Positions 1-13,492 of a stretch of 64,000 nt of DNA are shown piece after piece; the stretch's first letter is position 1, and every line of letters starts with the position of its first letter. The stretch is taken from assembly GCA_010015585.1 (NCBI GenBank), contig ML975159.1; one strand, 5' to 3'. The position numbers and the translations under genes are program-made. The notes under the pieces were generated by a model. The model was not told the DNA's origin. It searched no databases and saw only the letters and a program-made list of their open reading frames with translations. The DNA is from Eremomyces bilateralis CBS 781.70 (Eukaryota).

Positions 1-612
1 ATGCTAACCGAGTTCTCTACAATAAAGATTTCCACGGAGAACTCATAAACCCGAAGGAACTCTAAAGCGAACCTGTCTTTACGTCCAGAATCGACTGCTG
101 AAATGCGATATTCTGGTGCCATGGGGGCTGTAGATGGCTGCTGCGAATTCGCCGAATCTTGCCACCCGAGCAGTTGTCTGCTTAAGGTTGCTAGCTGCGA
201 TTGAGCTGGCTCCACATTGGATATTAATGTATGAAGTATGAACCAACTCGATTAATAATGGAAGTGTGCATGATTACGCGTATAGGCCGGCGAGTTCCGC
301 CTCTTACGGGCGATTCTCATAGATGTATCTAGAGAGTGAAGAATCTAGGATGTTCTTAGAATGCCCTGGATTGCTGTACACCTAGGCAAGGGAAGTGGAT
401 GATAGGGAAGTTCAGTTGAAGACATAGGATCTCCCAGTTGTGTAGCTCGCAGCGGTTTAGAATTCAAAGCTTGCAATCTATAGCATTGATGGTAGTGATA
501 CAAACGCGAAATATTATTCTAGGAAGACAATTTTGTACTCTATTTTACCGCCGCATCCCTTTTGTCCTTTTCCTTGCCCAGGTGCTTCGAAAACGCCTGG
601 CAAAATGCACTC

Positions 613-2563
613 TTACTTCGCCGCGAACTGGCTCTTCGCTCGCAACGTGGCTCCGTAGAAATAAAGGATATACACTCCAGCAGCACACCCAACGGTCAGC
701 CCCGCCAACAACGAGACGCCGCGATCGATGCCCAGGTTATGGTACAGCGGGCTGGAGAAATGGATCGACCCCGCCGCGAGCGACGACCGGGCGAGGTCGT
801 TCCCCGCGAACAGCGATGCGGCGTACTGGGGGTAGGAAAAGGGGAGGTACACGAAGATGCACTGGATGATGATGAGGATTCCGGCGGTGAATATTCCGAC
901 GCCGATGACGGAAACGACCCAGTGGATGGAAGGGGAGGAGGTCCACGCTGAATGTGGGAGTTAGCGGATTCTAACGGACGGATGGGAGGTGGGACTTACC
1001 GAAGATGAAAAGGCCGGCGGGAACGAGGAAAGCGGAGAAGAGCCCGGGGATTAGACGGTGTTCGGGGGCACCGAGGCCGTTCTTGAGGATTTCGGGCTCG
1101 ACGAACCAGTATATGTAGGACCAGTAGACGATGAGGGCGACAAGGGTACCGATGGGGATGGAGAGGAATACAAGGCCCGTCTGGCCTTGATTGAAGCCAT
1201 ACATTCCCATGTATACCAGCGGAAAGGACTCGAAGAACGAGTAGTAGATACCGTAGATGAGTGCAGTGTAGACCGCAGTAAATGCAATGCTAGGGTCCAG
1301 TAGCATGAGCTGCATCGGTCGCCAAAGGCTCTCTATGACGATATCGTTCACGGTCATTTTCGCTTGGTCAATCTCGCCCTGGCTTTTCAGCCGGTTCTCT
1401 CCCGTTAGAGCGCGGATCCGATCCGCACGCCGGAAGAGGATGTTGGGGGTGGAGGTCTCGGGGAGGAAGAGGAACATGGCCAGACAGATGGGCCCTGCCA
1501 GCCAGAGTAACTCCCACTGGGTCCATCGCCAGCCCTTGACCGGGACACTGAAGCCCCCGATGATGGGACCGAGAGAAGGACCGCATGTGGCTATCAAGGA
1601 CCACAAAGAAATTACATACGGCATCTTCATGAAAGAGAACATGTCTTGTAAACTGGCGCCGCCTGTCGCGAGGCAGGGAGACCCGAAAAAGCCTTGGAAG
1701 AACCGTGCGGCGATGAGTCCGGAGAAGTTGCGGGTGAGGGCAGCGGGGATGAGCATGAGGACGAAGATCAGGAAACTGACCATGTACGGCGGGTTACGAC
1801 CAACGGAGGGCATCTCGCTGATTGGGGAGAATATCATGGGACCGATTCCGTAGGCGAGGACGTACATCGACAGGCCCAGTGACACTTTTTGAACGGAGAC
1901 ATCGAATTCTTCGATGACGCCATTGTAACTGGCCGTGAATATAGAGCTGCCCTGTAAATGAAATTAGGAATTGCACATAGCGATCTAGATATGGTCGGGT
2001 GGACCCACCATATATACTGCAAGCGTATAGAGATAGATAATACTTGCGACGAACATCTTCTTCTTGAGGCTCCAATTCTGCGGATTTGCAGGATCATCTG
2101 TCGTATACCAGTCGACGAGGATAGCCCCATCCGACGTGCGCTCCGGCACGATATCTCGGGTCGGCCCTCGCTCCATCGTGGCCTTGGTGATTTGGTGCTC
2201 CAGTTCGGCGCGTGTGTGAGATCTTCCAGGCGCTTCTCGCGTGCTCACCCTACTGAGCGAACTCTGGATCCGGCCAAGGGGCACTGAATGCTCGCCATTG
2301 AGAATTGAAGCGGTATCGGTCTTCTCGAGATCCGAATCTGTTGGAGGTTCGACTTCTTCGCTTGCTAGTTTGTCTTCAGGTTGCGGGGCCTTCTCGTTGT
2401 CGAGAGTGGACTCCGGTTCGATTGGTGTTTTAGAGGTGAACGCTGTGTCGTATGATTCTGGCAATATATAATCTGCGCGCTCTTCTGGGTATTGGAGAAC
2501 TCTGTTCTTGGTAAGGTAGCGTATGATTTGCCCAATAGGGGCGTCTCTGATGAGGTCGCTCAT
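613..2563 (-). CDS. MFS drug:H+ antiporter (DHA1 family, Flr1/Caf5/Mdr1-like), 3 exons
   Basis: Starts MSDLIRDAPIGQIIRY. Contains VDWYTTDDPANPQNWSLKKK, SPISEMPSVGRNPPY, RFFQGFFGSPCLATGGAS and YAASLFAGNDLARS. GT-AG introns near 2004-1954 and 999-948. Confidence 0.92.
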
Positions 2564-3947
2564 CGTTTGTTAGTCCCTTGTGAATGTTTCGCAATCGACC
2601 AAGTTTTTTCGAGCTAGATGAAAGTGAAACTAGAAGGCAAAAAACGCAGAGACTTGATCGGGATTCGATAGAGATTGGCTGCAAGACTCTTTAAAAACGA
2701 ATCGAACCTTGAAGGCCTGCTAGGGGATATATATCGCCAAATCAGGGTGCCTAACGAGAGGACAGTAGATGACCAAATAACGACAGAACTTAGACCGGCG
2801 ACGAGTGTCATGATATATAGATTTTGCATGTAGTGGAACCGATATGAGATAACCGATACCTGAATAGAGCAGGAATGATTTCCAACCGTCCAACTACTCA
2901 CCGAATGCGGTAGAGTACAAGGGAGAGGTTGAAGGCCCGCTTAGGAATGCCTCATCATCGTGACAATACGAGACGCTTATGAATCATACGCAGTTATTAA
3001 TTGGGAGAACCAATCATAGGAAGAATAGCCAGGCATAAATGGATCCTTAATGGGCCCGAAAAAGAAAATGGGAATGCGAAACTAGATATTGCTCGATTGC
3101 TTCATATCGGGACGAATGTCGCAGGAGATTCCACGGCTTGGCGAGGATGACAAAATGCGCACTGAGGTAGGGATGTTCAGTACTCCGTACAGGTAGTTAT
3201 CGTATTTGGCTGAAGGTCAATGTTTTGATATGTAAAGGAGCTAATGAGTTAATCCCGCCTCAAATCCTAAAATCCGAGCACATTTGTCCGTCGACTCCAT
3301 CATGAATCAGCGGCATGGTTGAAGGATGTCCAAGGATGTCGTTATGTACTTGATGTAAGCCGGATTTTGCACCACTTCGGGGAATGACGTCATGCACCAC
3401 CGGAGTTAGCGTGCGGTTGAACGGTGTTAGCGTTGTAAATCCACGACACATGGGGGCAAATTGTATTTATGGTGGACATTCGGGATTAAATAAACTGTAG
3501 ACGAAGATGACAGTCATTCCGGGGGGGATTGGTGACCGACTAATAGGGTCCACAGGTGGTAAGGCTGGTGAGGCTGGAAAGTAACATTTCTTAGGCATTT
3601 GAAGGAGCTCGAAGAGCGGCGAGACCTTTATCCAACAAATAACTTTCATTTTTGCATGGCATGGTGCATGGTATCGTGGTAATCTAGCCGCGGAGGATGT
3701 TGAAGTCTTCGGGGGGGATGGAAAGGAGACGAAAAGGAGACCTCGACCGGCATCACGTGGAGAGGCTAAGTGTCACTCACGTGAGAGCACCCCTTAGTCA
3801 TCTCCAATGCCTTGGCATGCACCAGCTCCAACGTCCAACTTCCCTTTTGGCGTATCATGAGCGCAATTGTACTCGTGCCATTGTTTATCCTTTTCCATTT
3901 ATTCCCATTCCAGAGTTTCTTCTCAGTCGTCAAAGCTCTCTAGCACA

Positions 3948-5661
3948 ATGAGCGCCGCAACTAAGGCGCAGTCTCAGCGGATCTTCGAGAAGCTACGCGC
4001 CAAACCGGCCAACAGGGTGAGCCCTCCTTCTGGCGATGTGGCATACATTTTGGAAGCACCAGTCACTGATCGCTGTTGTAGGTTTGCTTCGATTGCGGCA
4101 CCAAAAATCCAACATGGACTTCGGTTCCCCTCGCCATTTACCTCTGTCTGGACTGCTCTGCGAATCACCGGAATCTCGGTGTGCACATCTCCTTTGTGCG
4201 GTCGACCAATCTTGATAGTAAGGATCGACAATAAGGATTGCGTCCATCCGATACTGACACCCATCTAGTATGGCAGTGGGATCAGCTGAGGCTGATGAAA
4301 GTTGGTGGGAACGAATCAGCCACGAGATACTTCCAAACTCATGGAGGCTCCGCCGCCCTTGCAAGCAAAGATTCAAAGACGAAGTACACGTCGAATACGG
4401 CGACGAAATACAAAGAGGAACTCAAACGGAGAGCAGAGGCAGATGAGAGACAGTACGTTCCATGCTTTGGATATACTATGAGATTCTAACATATCTCAGA
4501 AACCCTGGCGAAGTCGAAATCAATGACGCTGTTAATCCGAACTCCGGCACCAGCACTCCAGCCGGAGAACCCGACGACGACTTCTTCTCCTCCTGGGACA
4601 AACCCACCATCAAACGGCCTAGCAACCCGCCTTCACGAACCGGTACCCCTGTTGGAACCAGCCGCACTGCCTCTCCATATCTCAACCCCAATGCCAACGG
4701 AAACGGTGCCACTCGTCCCAAATCACCCCTTGCAACTCCTGACTCCGCCACACAATCTCCTCGCCCTCAACCCGTCACATCCGCCGCGATCCGGAAATCT
4801 ACCACCACAAGCGGCACGACGACACGAAAGAGCACGGTCCTCGGCGGGAAGAAGAAGCTCGGGGCCAAGAAAATCGCCCCGAGCGAAGCTCTCGACTTCG
4901 AAGAAGCAGAGAAGAAAGCCAAGGAGGACGCCGAGCGGATCGCAAAGCTCGGCTACGATCCCGACGAGGAGACTCCCCCCATCCCGTCCAGCGCGGCGAC
5001 CGCAACCCCATCAACTATCCTTAGCCCCACACCCGTAAGCCCCACCCCGACCGGCGGCTTCGGCACCACCGCCAAGCCCCGCGACCGTGCCAGCAACGAT
5101 ATGGACCGCCTCGGCATGGGCGTCACGCGCCTCGGCTTCGGACAAGTCGGCGCAGGCCCCTCCAGCGCCGCCGCCCCCAAGAAACCGGGCTTCGGCTTCG
5201 GCGCCGTCGCCAAGCCCAGCGCCACCACCGCGAACGACGAAACCTACGCACGCCAGAAATTCGGCGTGCAAAAGGGCATCTCGTCAGACGAGTTCTTCGG
5301 GCGCAACGCGTTCGATCCGTCGGCGCAGGCGGAGGCGAAAGGGCGGCTGCAGGGGTTCGAGGGTGCGACGAGCATCTCGTCGAACGCGTACTTCGGGCGG
5401 CCGGAAGAGGATATGGAGGAGGATGGGGAGTATGGTGACCTGGAGTCAGCAGCGAAGGATTTCGTGCGGAAGTTCGGTATGACGGCGGGGGATGACTTGG
5501 ATAATTTGACGGCGTTGGTGGGTGAGGGAGCGAAGCAGTTGCAAGGTATGTATCTATAATCGTATACCGCGCTTCGCGTAGTTTGGGGATCGGGGGTGTT
5601 TTTTCGGTTCGTCTTGGCTAATCGGTCAATAGGCGCGATTAGGGACTATCTGAATGGTTAG
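3948..5661 (+). CDS. GLO3: ADP-ribosylation factor GTPase-activating protein (Glo3/ArfGAP2-3 type), multi-exon
   Basis: [23 protein letters not shown], then spliced [44 protein letters not shown] zinc finger and [17 protein letters not shown]. Glo3 motifs [10 protein letters not shown] and [11 protein letters not shown]. Last exon GAIRDYLNG* ends at 5661. Confidence 0.93.
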
Positions 5662-7099
5662 GTAGGTCTGACGATGCACAACTCGTCTTCAATGAATGGT
5701 CGATGAATATCATGAGACGGTCCAGTGGCTCAGCTAGCAGTATGTTCAATTGCTATTCCCGGCGCGTTTCTTGCTCGGTTGGTGTCGGATAGCATTAGCA
5801 ATACCTAGGAAAATGCGCATATTTTCAAAGCCACCGGTGCACCCCCTTCTGCAATTTCTCGTCTAACACCTACGTACACCCACTTTCCCCCGCGATATGG
5901 GCCGCCCTTCGCCATCGCCAGGCCCTTAACGTCTCACCTGTCTCTCACTGTCCTTGATACTTCCTCCCATCTCCTTGACTCCATTCCGAGAATCGTCTTC
6001 GTCCACTTCTCCATATTAACCCCCTCTTCCCTCCCCCTATTCTCATACACCTACGCCTTGCTCCACCCCGTCCCCACCTCCCACTTCCACCTACGTGCAT
6101 CTACTCTTCCACATGGACTACCTCCTGGTCTGCGACAATACGCGCACGGATACCACATGTGCGCTGTTTTGCCCACAACTAGGCTTGATGGGGCACAGAT
6201 AGTTATAAGTACGTCCAGTGACATGATCGAGCTCTTCACCAACTACCGTCGCCTCGGGGTTTCCTTTGAAGACATGTTGCCAGAGCTTTGAGGATTGCTT
6301 GTATCACAGAGATTGTTCGGTCTACTGGGTGTTGTGTGTGTATGCAGAGCTGACTGCGCCACCTAGAATATGGCCATGATTGCCTAACTTCTGTTAAGTA
6401 CGGGCTTTAGCAACTCAGCTGAACCCTCATGGCGCTTTTAGCATTCATATCGAAGATAGGGGACATGGAAAGGAGAATTAATGCAGGTGATGAAGGTGAA
6501 TTGTTAGGTAGCCACATGACTTGACAGGACTCCTGCAGGCACCGAACCTGAAGGCCTCCGTCCTTCCGCCACCCCGGCGGGGCCGGAAAAAGTCAGACGG
6601 TGGAAGTATGTCTTACTAACTTATCGTATTGTAAGGCCTTGGAAACTAAGCTTCACATGGATAACTACCGTATGTACGGCTCAACCGCTCGTCTCACGCA
6701 GTCTCTCTCTCAGTTCCCCTCTCCCCAAGCCACTCACCATACATCAAAGCAGATTCACGGGGAAATCGATCGTGTATTGATTTCCTAGCCCAGAGGTCAA
6801 TAACTTCGAGCAAGGTGGTTCTGCGAGACGAAAGTGGTCATACAAAATGCATTCTAGAGCACCAAGATGGAAACTCACAACATCATGCTCCATCAGTGAT
6901 GCATGGATAAATAGTTGAATACCGACATTCTAGAATTACTCCATCTAATTTCCTTAATACCCTTTTGCCAACTATCGTCGTTCACTCAGGGGTTCTCGTA
7001 ACGCGGTCTGTGAGCCCCTACCACACGTATTCCATCGTCCTCCAGAATTATTATCACATTCCTCAGGCATAATGAACTCTGCCCAATCAGACATTCAAA

Positions 7100-7600
7100 A
7101 TGCTGTCCCAGACGGCAACTTCTGCTGCTCCAGTAGCGGCTTCTGGTACGCCTCTCACATCCCCACAATCCACAAAACCCCACTGACCCATCACCCGGCG
7201 GCAACACCCCCGACTACTGTGGCAGCGGCTGCCAGCCCGACTACGGCGACTGGGCCAGCCCAAGCGTCTCAGCAATAGCGCGACCCCGACGGCCAGCGGG
7301 GCGTCACCTCGAACGGGCGATGTGGTCCGGGCAACAATAGCTAGATGTGTCTCCGGAACTCCACTCCCGGCCCGGGGGGGTTTTGGTTGTAGTATCGATA
7401 GCTGGTGGTAAGTAGCCATCATCTCTCTTTTTGGCTCTTCTGGCTCGCTCGTCCACTCTGGACGCGGATATAGGGAGTCCACGCACTACTGTGGACGGTA
7501 CTGACCCGCGTGATCGAAACCAGCGGTTCAACCGATGTATACTGCGGCATGGGATGCCAGCCGCTCTACGGCATCTGCGGCACCAGTTTCAGCGAACCAC
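7100..7600 (+). pseudogene. Decayed tandem hevein/CBM18 chitin-binding domain gene
   Basis: Spliced reading gives PDGNFCCSSSGFC/GNTPDYCGSGCQPDYGD and NGRCGPGNNS*MC...FGCSIDSWC/GSTDVYCGMGCQPLYGIC. Lesions: in-frame TAG (7342-7344), frameshifts, and first intron acceptor reading cgg instead of cag. Confidence 0.72.
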
Positions 7601-8188
7601 GCGTCAAGCACCCATGGCGACGGACATTACACAACAACGATGACATTCTGCTCTAGTAGTAGCAGCGCCAGTGGCGCCCAACACATGGCGGTCCGGGAGG
7701 TCATCCGCCTTTGTTCACTGGGGCGGTGAACCTTGGCTCGCAACCAGTGACGATGAGTATGAAACAGTTTTACCTTGGCTCCAAGCGACTCAACACCTCA
7801 AGTCGATCGTGCACCGTGATACCGGCGGACCACCCCTTTGAAACTGTATCTCGAACCCACTGTATTGAACTTTGTTGCATGGTACCTACCCATCCTAATG
7901 ATGCTATCCGCTTTCCCCTTCCCATGAAAACGAGTGAGACCCAAATTCGCGCAAATGCCGCCCTCCCGTGACGAAGATGTAGACGAAATCCATTCCCGTG
8001 TCCCCGCTATGGCCTCGAAAAGAAAAGATGTAAGTGGCGTAATCCATGCATGCTGTAGTTATGCTCAAGTGCTCGTTGAAAAGCCCACAGCCACTGCGGT
8101 AGCGGATTGGAGTGGATCTCCGGATACCTGCTGAAAGGTAGATATCGTGACCCGATGGCCATCGCCCGCTTTCGCGAATCCCACAGCC

Positions 8189-9819
8189 TTAATTCCCAAA
8201 GAGGAGATGAATCGCGTGCTCCACGCTCCCATCACAGGCCTCCAACGCATGCAGCGCCTCCGCCCTCGAGAACCCAAGCGTTATCAACTGCTGCACCGCA
8301 GTTTCGGCGAAGTTCGGTGAACTAGCCGTCGACACAGGGGTGTTGGACGACGATCCGGACGACTGTGCCGTGGCGCCGAGCACCTGGCCGTGCCCTCGGA
8401 AGTTCGTGTCGGGTGGCGCGTCGGTGGACGATTCCGGCGCGCCGACAGCCTGCGCGGACGCCGACGCCGAAACTTCCCCCGCCGGGCGCACAGCGCCGCT
8501 CTTCGCACCAATCTCCGTGCCATTCGGGCCGGGGACGGTCGGCTCGGCAGCCTCGGTCCCGAACTGCGGGATCTCGCCCTCGGGTAAGAACGGCACCTCA
8601 GTGTTCTCCAGCACGAGCATGCCGCGCTTCAGATCGATGCACGCCTGGTACCGCTTCAGCATGTCGAGGCCGAACAGCAGATCAACGTCTTTGCCTTCCA
8701 TGACGGTGAAGGCGCATGGCATGACGACGTTTCCGATCTTGATCTCGGCGGAGTGCACACGGCCGAGGATGCGGGCGGTGCCGACGCCTTTCGCGATACC
8801 GGAGTAGCGGCGGTCGATGAGGCGCATGATGCCGCAGGCTTCGGCGCAGGAGGGGGACATGATTGTGGCTTGGGCGCCGGAGTCGACGAAGGCTTTGACA
8901 GGGTGGTTGTTGACGGAGGCTTGAATGTAGAGCATGGTGACGCGGGCAAAGACTGGGGAGGTTAGTTGGTCGAAACGAAGCATAGATGGATAATAGGAAG
9001 TAGGTTACCTTCAGGGTTATGTTCGTAGGCATGTTGTAAGTTCTCAATCACTCGCTCCTGTCGGATGATCTCCTCGATCTTCATCTGCGCGTCAATGTTG
9101 AACGGATCCTCATTGAGAAGCTGAAGTTGCGCCTGGCGCTCCCTTTCTCGCTCTTCCTCCTCTCCCGCCATCTGTAACCACATATCTCGGAATTGGACCG
9201 GGTCGTTGATCGCGTTGACAAGGTCGGGTCTCGCCTCGCGGATCTGCGCCAATTGCGTGGGATTTGCCAAGAGCCCTAACCGTTGCCTCTCAATCTCGTG
9301 CGCTGCCGGTTCTCTTCGTCGACGTCCTACTTGCCCCATTTGTCCACCTCCTACTCTTTGCTGCCGCTGTGCCTGGTTCGTCGCGGTCTCCGGCCCGCTT
9401 ACGAGCATTGCGAGCATCTCGCCATCTTTGATCCCGGCCTGTTCGAGGGTCTTCGTATCCGGACTCAACGTCTGTCCATTATGGAAGAACTGCTGCGATG
9501 ATGCGGGGAAGTTGGTCTCGGCCTGAACGGAGGCTTTCAGGTCCGCCACGGTCAGCTCTAGCGGCAGGTCGAGTGTCAAGAGATCCGAGTCCGTGGACTC
9601 ATTGGGAGCTTGTATGCTTATAGTGATGCGAGGCCTGTATTAACATAGGGATTAAGGCCGACGCGGCCACCCCACTAGTCAGTATTTCTGAAGTCGCACA
9701 AGTGACGGATCTGGCGAGGGACATATCCACCGTTCCTGATGGTTGGAGGACCGGAACGGTGGGAAGGACTACTCGAACTGTTCTCGACTGAGGGGGACGA
9801 AGGAAGGGAAAACTCACAT
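8189..9819 (-). CDS. DDI1: DNA damage-inducible protein 1 (UBL - retroviral-like aspartyl protease - UBA)
   Basis: UBL domain ([22 protein letters not shown]), protease motif [32 protein letters not shown] and a C-terminal UBA. The ATG appears split by an intron (AT at 9819-9818, G at 9634). Confidence 0.93.
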
Positions 9820-10991
9820 TGCGAAAGTGGCGTTCCTTGCGTTTTATGCAGGTGTTTCTGAAAAGGTGCAAGAATGTTACGCGGGAAAGCGGAGTTCGAG
9901 AACGGGGCTCGTGGCTAGTGAGACTTCGCGTGGTGGTCCGGGTTTCGCAGGATGGACCGGCGCAAGGGAGGGGATATATGCGGTAGGTTGGAAGAAGAAC
10001 AATCCGGGATGACGGTGGATGTTCGCCCGTGGATCGCGTTGGAAACTGGTGGATGCAGATGGAAGTGGAAGATGGGGATGCGGCGGCCTCGAAGCCTGGT
10101 GGGTTATTAATCAAGCGGAGGGGGGAGGAATCCACGATTGAAATAGCGAAAGAGCGGACAGCGTGAGGGTTTGGCTCGCTATGGCAACAATGAGAGGATG
10201 CAGTGATGCTGGAGCGAAGGGCCTGCTACAAGCCGTGGTATGCGTGAAAGCACAACACATGCGGCGAGGGAGGACTCCAATGACGAAGCGGGATGGGATG
10301 GTACACGTAGGGATTGGAGCCTCAGCGCGGGGTGCAGCAGGGAGTTGGGGGACAGATGGATCGGATTTCCGCTTCGGGGGAGGAGAAAGGGGGAAGCTTG
10401 ATTTAAATGATAAGTAGGAAACTAGGGAAGATCCTAAATTCATTAAACGTGTATATATTACCATGTGAACATGTCCAAACTCGTATCCAAATATGGCATG
10501 ACGTTGACAGCCGAAGGAACTGGAGCTGCGATTTAGAGGTAGTGAACCTGAGGCTTCAAGGCGACGATGGGGTTGCCTCTTGGTGTGTCTTGTAACCTTG
10601 CGGCCTCATCCCATCTTCAGGCATCACTGTATTACATAATCTCTGCAATTGACACCTCGGGCAGCAAGCCTCCAAGGGATCCACCAGACATTCGGATTTC
10701 ATATCGATGACATGCGAAGTCGACGGATTCCATTCACCTTGAAATCTTCATATTCCATGGACGGGGGACTTTCTCAGGTCAGCAATGTGAATTTGGAAAA
10801 CCATCCCTATTCCATCCCTTGGTGAATCCTTTTGCACGGCCCTGCTGTCATTCCCCACTTCAATTCGTTCATTGATTAGCCCGTCCAGCTCATTGTTGAT
10901 TCACTTCCCCTCCATGCCCAGCTCATTCACCTTCGTACAGCTTAGTATTACCCAAGTCAGCCTCTAGGCGGCTCAATCCTGCATATCTAGG

Positions 10992-12769
10992 ATGCTGCGC
11001 AACAATCCAGATGATCCAGATAAGACTGTCGATGCTTCGGATCACAGTCTCACATTAGAGCATCCACCCAACACCGCACATGAGATAGGCTCTCCCCTCG
11101 AACGTGAGTCGGAAGCGGATTCGGGCGAGGATGCCGTGACCGATGACGGCGATGAAGATTTCGAAGGTAACTATTATTGGTTCCATCCTTGCATGTCCTG
11201 ACTTCCCACCAAATCGTGCCCAAATCCAACCAATTCCACGCATCGTGTAGCAGCTGACCAGCATGCAGACGTCGATACCGAATCGGACCACGATGGTCAC
11301 CAACGTGGTTTAAAATGCAATCTGGCTCCATGGGCATTAGCCTTGCATCCCTACGTACAAGCGTTAACTCTGTCCGACATTGAGAGCTGCGTGAAGCTGG
11401 AAGAGGCAGCCTTCCCACCGACTGAACGGTGCAGTAGAGAGAAAGTATGCCGCCCTATAAAAGTCTCCTTTCGCTCCTCCCGCCACTTCCGTACCTTTGA
11501 CTCGTCTTGTCATTTTTTGAAACCTTTTTTTGAAACCGTTTTTTCGTTTCTTTTGGAATTCTTCATTCGAAGTTAGTTGCCCGAGTCTACCGCCATATCA
11601 ATCAGCCCGGCATCAGGTTGTTTCACCGCATTCCCGTGGACTCTCGTCACACCATCCCTTGCCGCTTTCCATGGTCCTGCGGCGGCATTTCATATGCCAA
11701 CTTGGCAGACCTAGTCGAATTCAACAGCTACACCGAAAGCAAACCCGGAGAAGAAATGGAGTGGTGTCGTTTTGGCGTTAAACGGAACTCTATAGTTTGT
11801 CCGTATTTCTTTTGATTCTGGAGTAGCGTATGGACATGGCACTGAACTGACATGGAAATGCTAGTTTGAGTACCGACTCACGAAAGCCGGAAACATTTGC
11901 TTAGGACTCTTCAGTTCCTCTACTCTGACTACCATTGACGATCCTCCAATCACCTTCGAGACATCACGACCGGCCGATTCTTTCCATCCGGCACGCACGT
12001 CCGTCCTTATTGGCCACGTAATCGCAACGAAAACCTGCAATGACACCATCCATGACGAAGACATGGCCATTGACCTCGACTGGCAACGCCGCTCCACCAG
12101 CAACGTGCCGTCGTCCCACCACCCAGGTAACGCAAATGGCACCACGCCTGTAACCGAGACCGACCACGCGACAAACCCTGCAACCGATGCATCGGGCACA
12201 AGCGAGGGCGATCAAGCTGCGGTTCCCGACCAACCAAAAGCCATCGGGCATCAAGAACTCGGTCGCACCGTCGCCATCCATAGCTTATCGATCCTACCCC
12301 AGTACCAACGTGGAAGGCTCGGGGAGATGCTTCTCGGGGCGTACTGCCAGCGCATCGAGAGCAGCGGCCTGGCGGATCGGATTGCCTTGCTTACTTACGA
12401 TCGACTGGTCGACTTCTATGTGAGGCAAGGGTTTCACAATTGTGGGCCGAGTAAGGCGACATTTGGCGGGCAGGCGTGGAATGATCTGGTACGGAATCCC
12501 ACCAATTTGCGTCCATCTTCTTATCAGCAATATTTCATGTTCTGTTCACCCATGCCAGTAAATTCGAACCTTGCATTCTCCTGGATGCTGACGCTATGCA
12601 GGTCAAGCCCCTCCGATCCCAAAACGACGACTCCGAAGACGAGGATGATGAAGATGAGGATGACGACCACATGTTTGAAATCGACGAAGACGGCCACCTC
12701 CGCCTTGACACTCGAAGACCGAACCAGTCGCCCTCGCAAGGGTATTCATCTAATTCCGTGGAGGTCTAG
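10992..12769 (+). CDS. GNAT N-acetyltransferase (polyamine acetyltransferase Paa1/AANAT-like), 4 exons
   Basis: LHPYVQALTLSDIESCVKLEEAAFPPTERCSREK / FEYRLTKAGNICLGLF, GHQELGRTVAIHSLSILPQYQRGRLG, LVDFYVRQGF, GGQAWNDL, acidic tail. Start codon is uncertain. Confidence 0.85.
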
Positions 12770-13492
12770 GTGCTGTTGGTAGTGGTTTGATATGACCCTG
12801 AGCGATGCAGGACATACCGTCTCAATCCCACGAGTGTCATCACATCGTAGCGGAGGGGGTTGCCGCCAGTGTCAGCAAATCCGTCCGGACAGGTATTCAG
12901 CGAGTCAAGCGATACGGACAAGTTGCTCAAGCTCCAGAACATTCGCTGGGCATTGCTCAACCACCCGATCCCTTTTAACCCCTTACGTGAATGGGTAGAG
13001 TATTCTTACCGCAGAACCGTGGATGCGCCGGTACTTTTGTGGTCATGGGAGAGTATGGTACCGATTCTCACGCGACGGATCGACGCAAAACGTTTTACGG
13101 TGGTCCTATTCAACAACGGACTAGATACTAGCATGAATATATTGGGAGATTTGGCCGTTTTACTATCGGGTGCACAGCAAACTCGAGGCATCACTGACTT
13201 GTATATATTGCTATCAATATGGTTGCATACGTGCCGTGATGAGAAGCAAATGAAAAGGTTGATTCCGTCATCCGTCTCGTTTCGTCGTTCGTTGAGGATC
13301 TTGGTCTCATTGGAATAGTAGTAGTCCAATATGATCAATCTGCTGCTATTACAGAGCATTTCGTCCATAAATGCACGCCCCAAATCCTAAAGAAGTAAAT
13401 CCCCTTTTCCTGATTAGAGATTCATTCCAAAACTCCCGCAAGAAGCCAATGAAATCAACCTAAAACCATACTGCCTTCGTCCCTCCCCCAAT

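Noticed and set aside
12860..13383. Overlapping 152-aa and 125-aa ORFs
   Set aside because: No recognisable motifs or codon bias; cannot support as genes.
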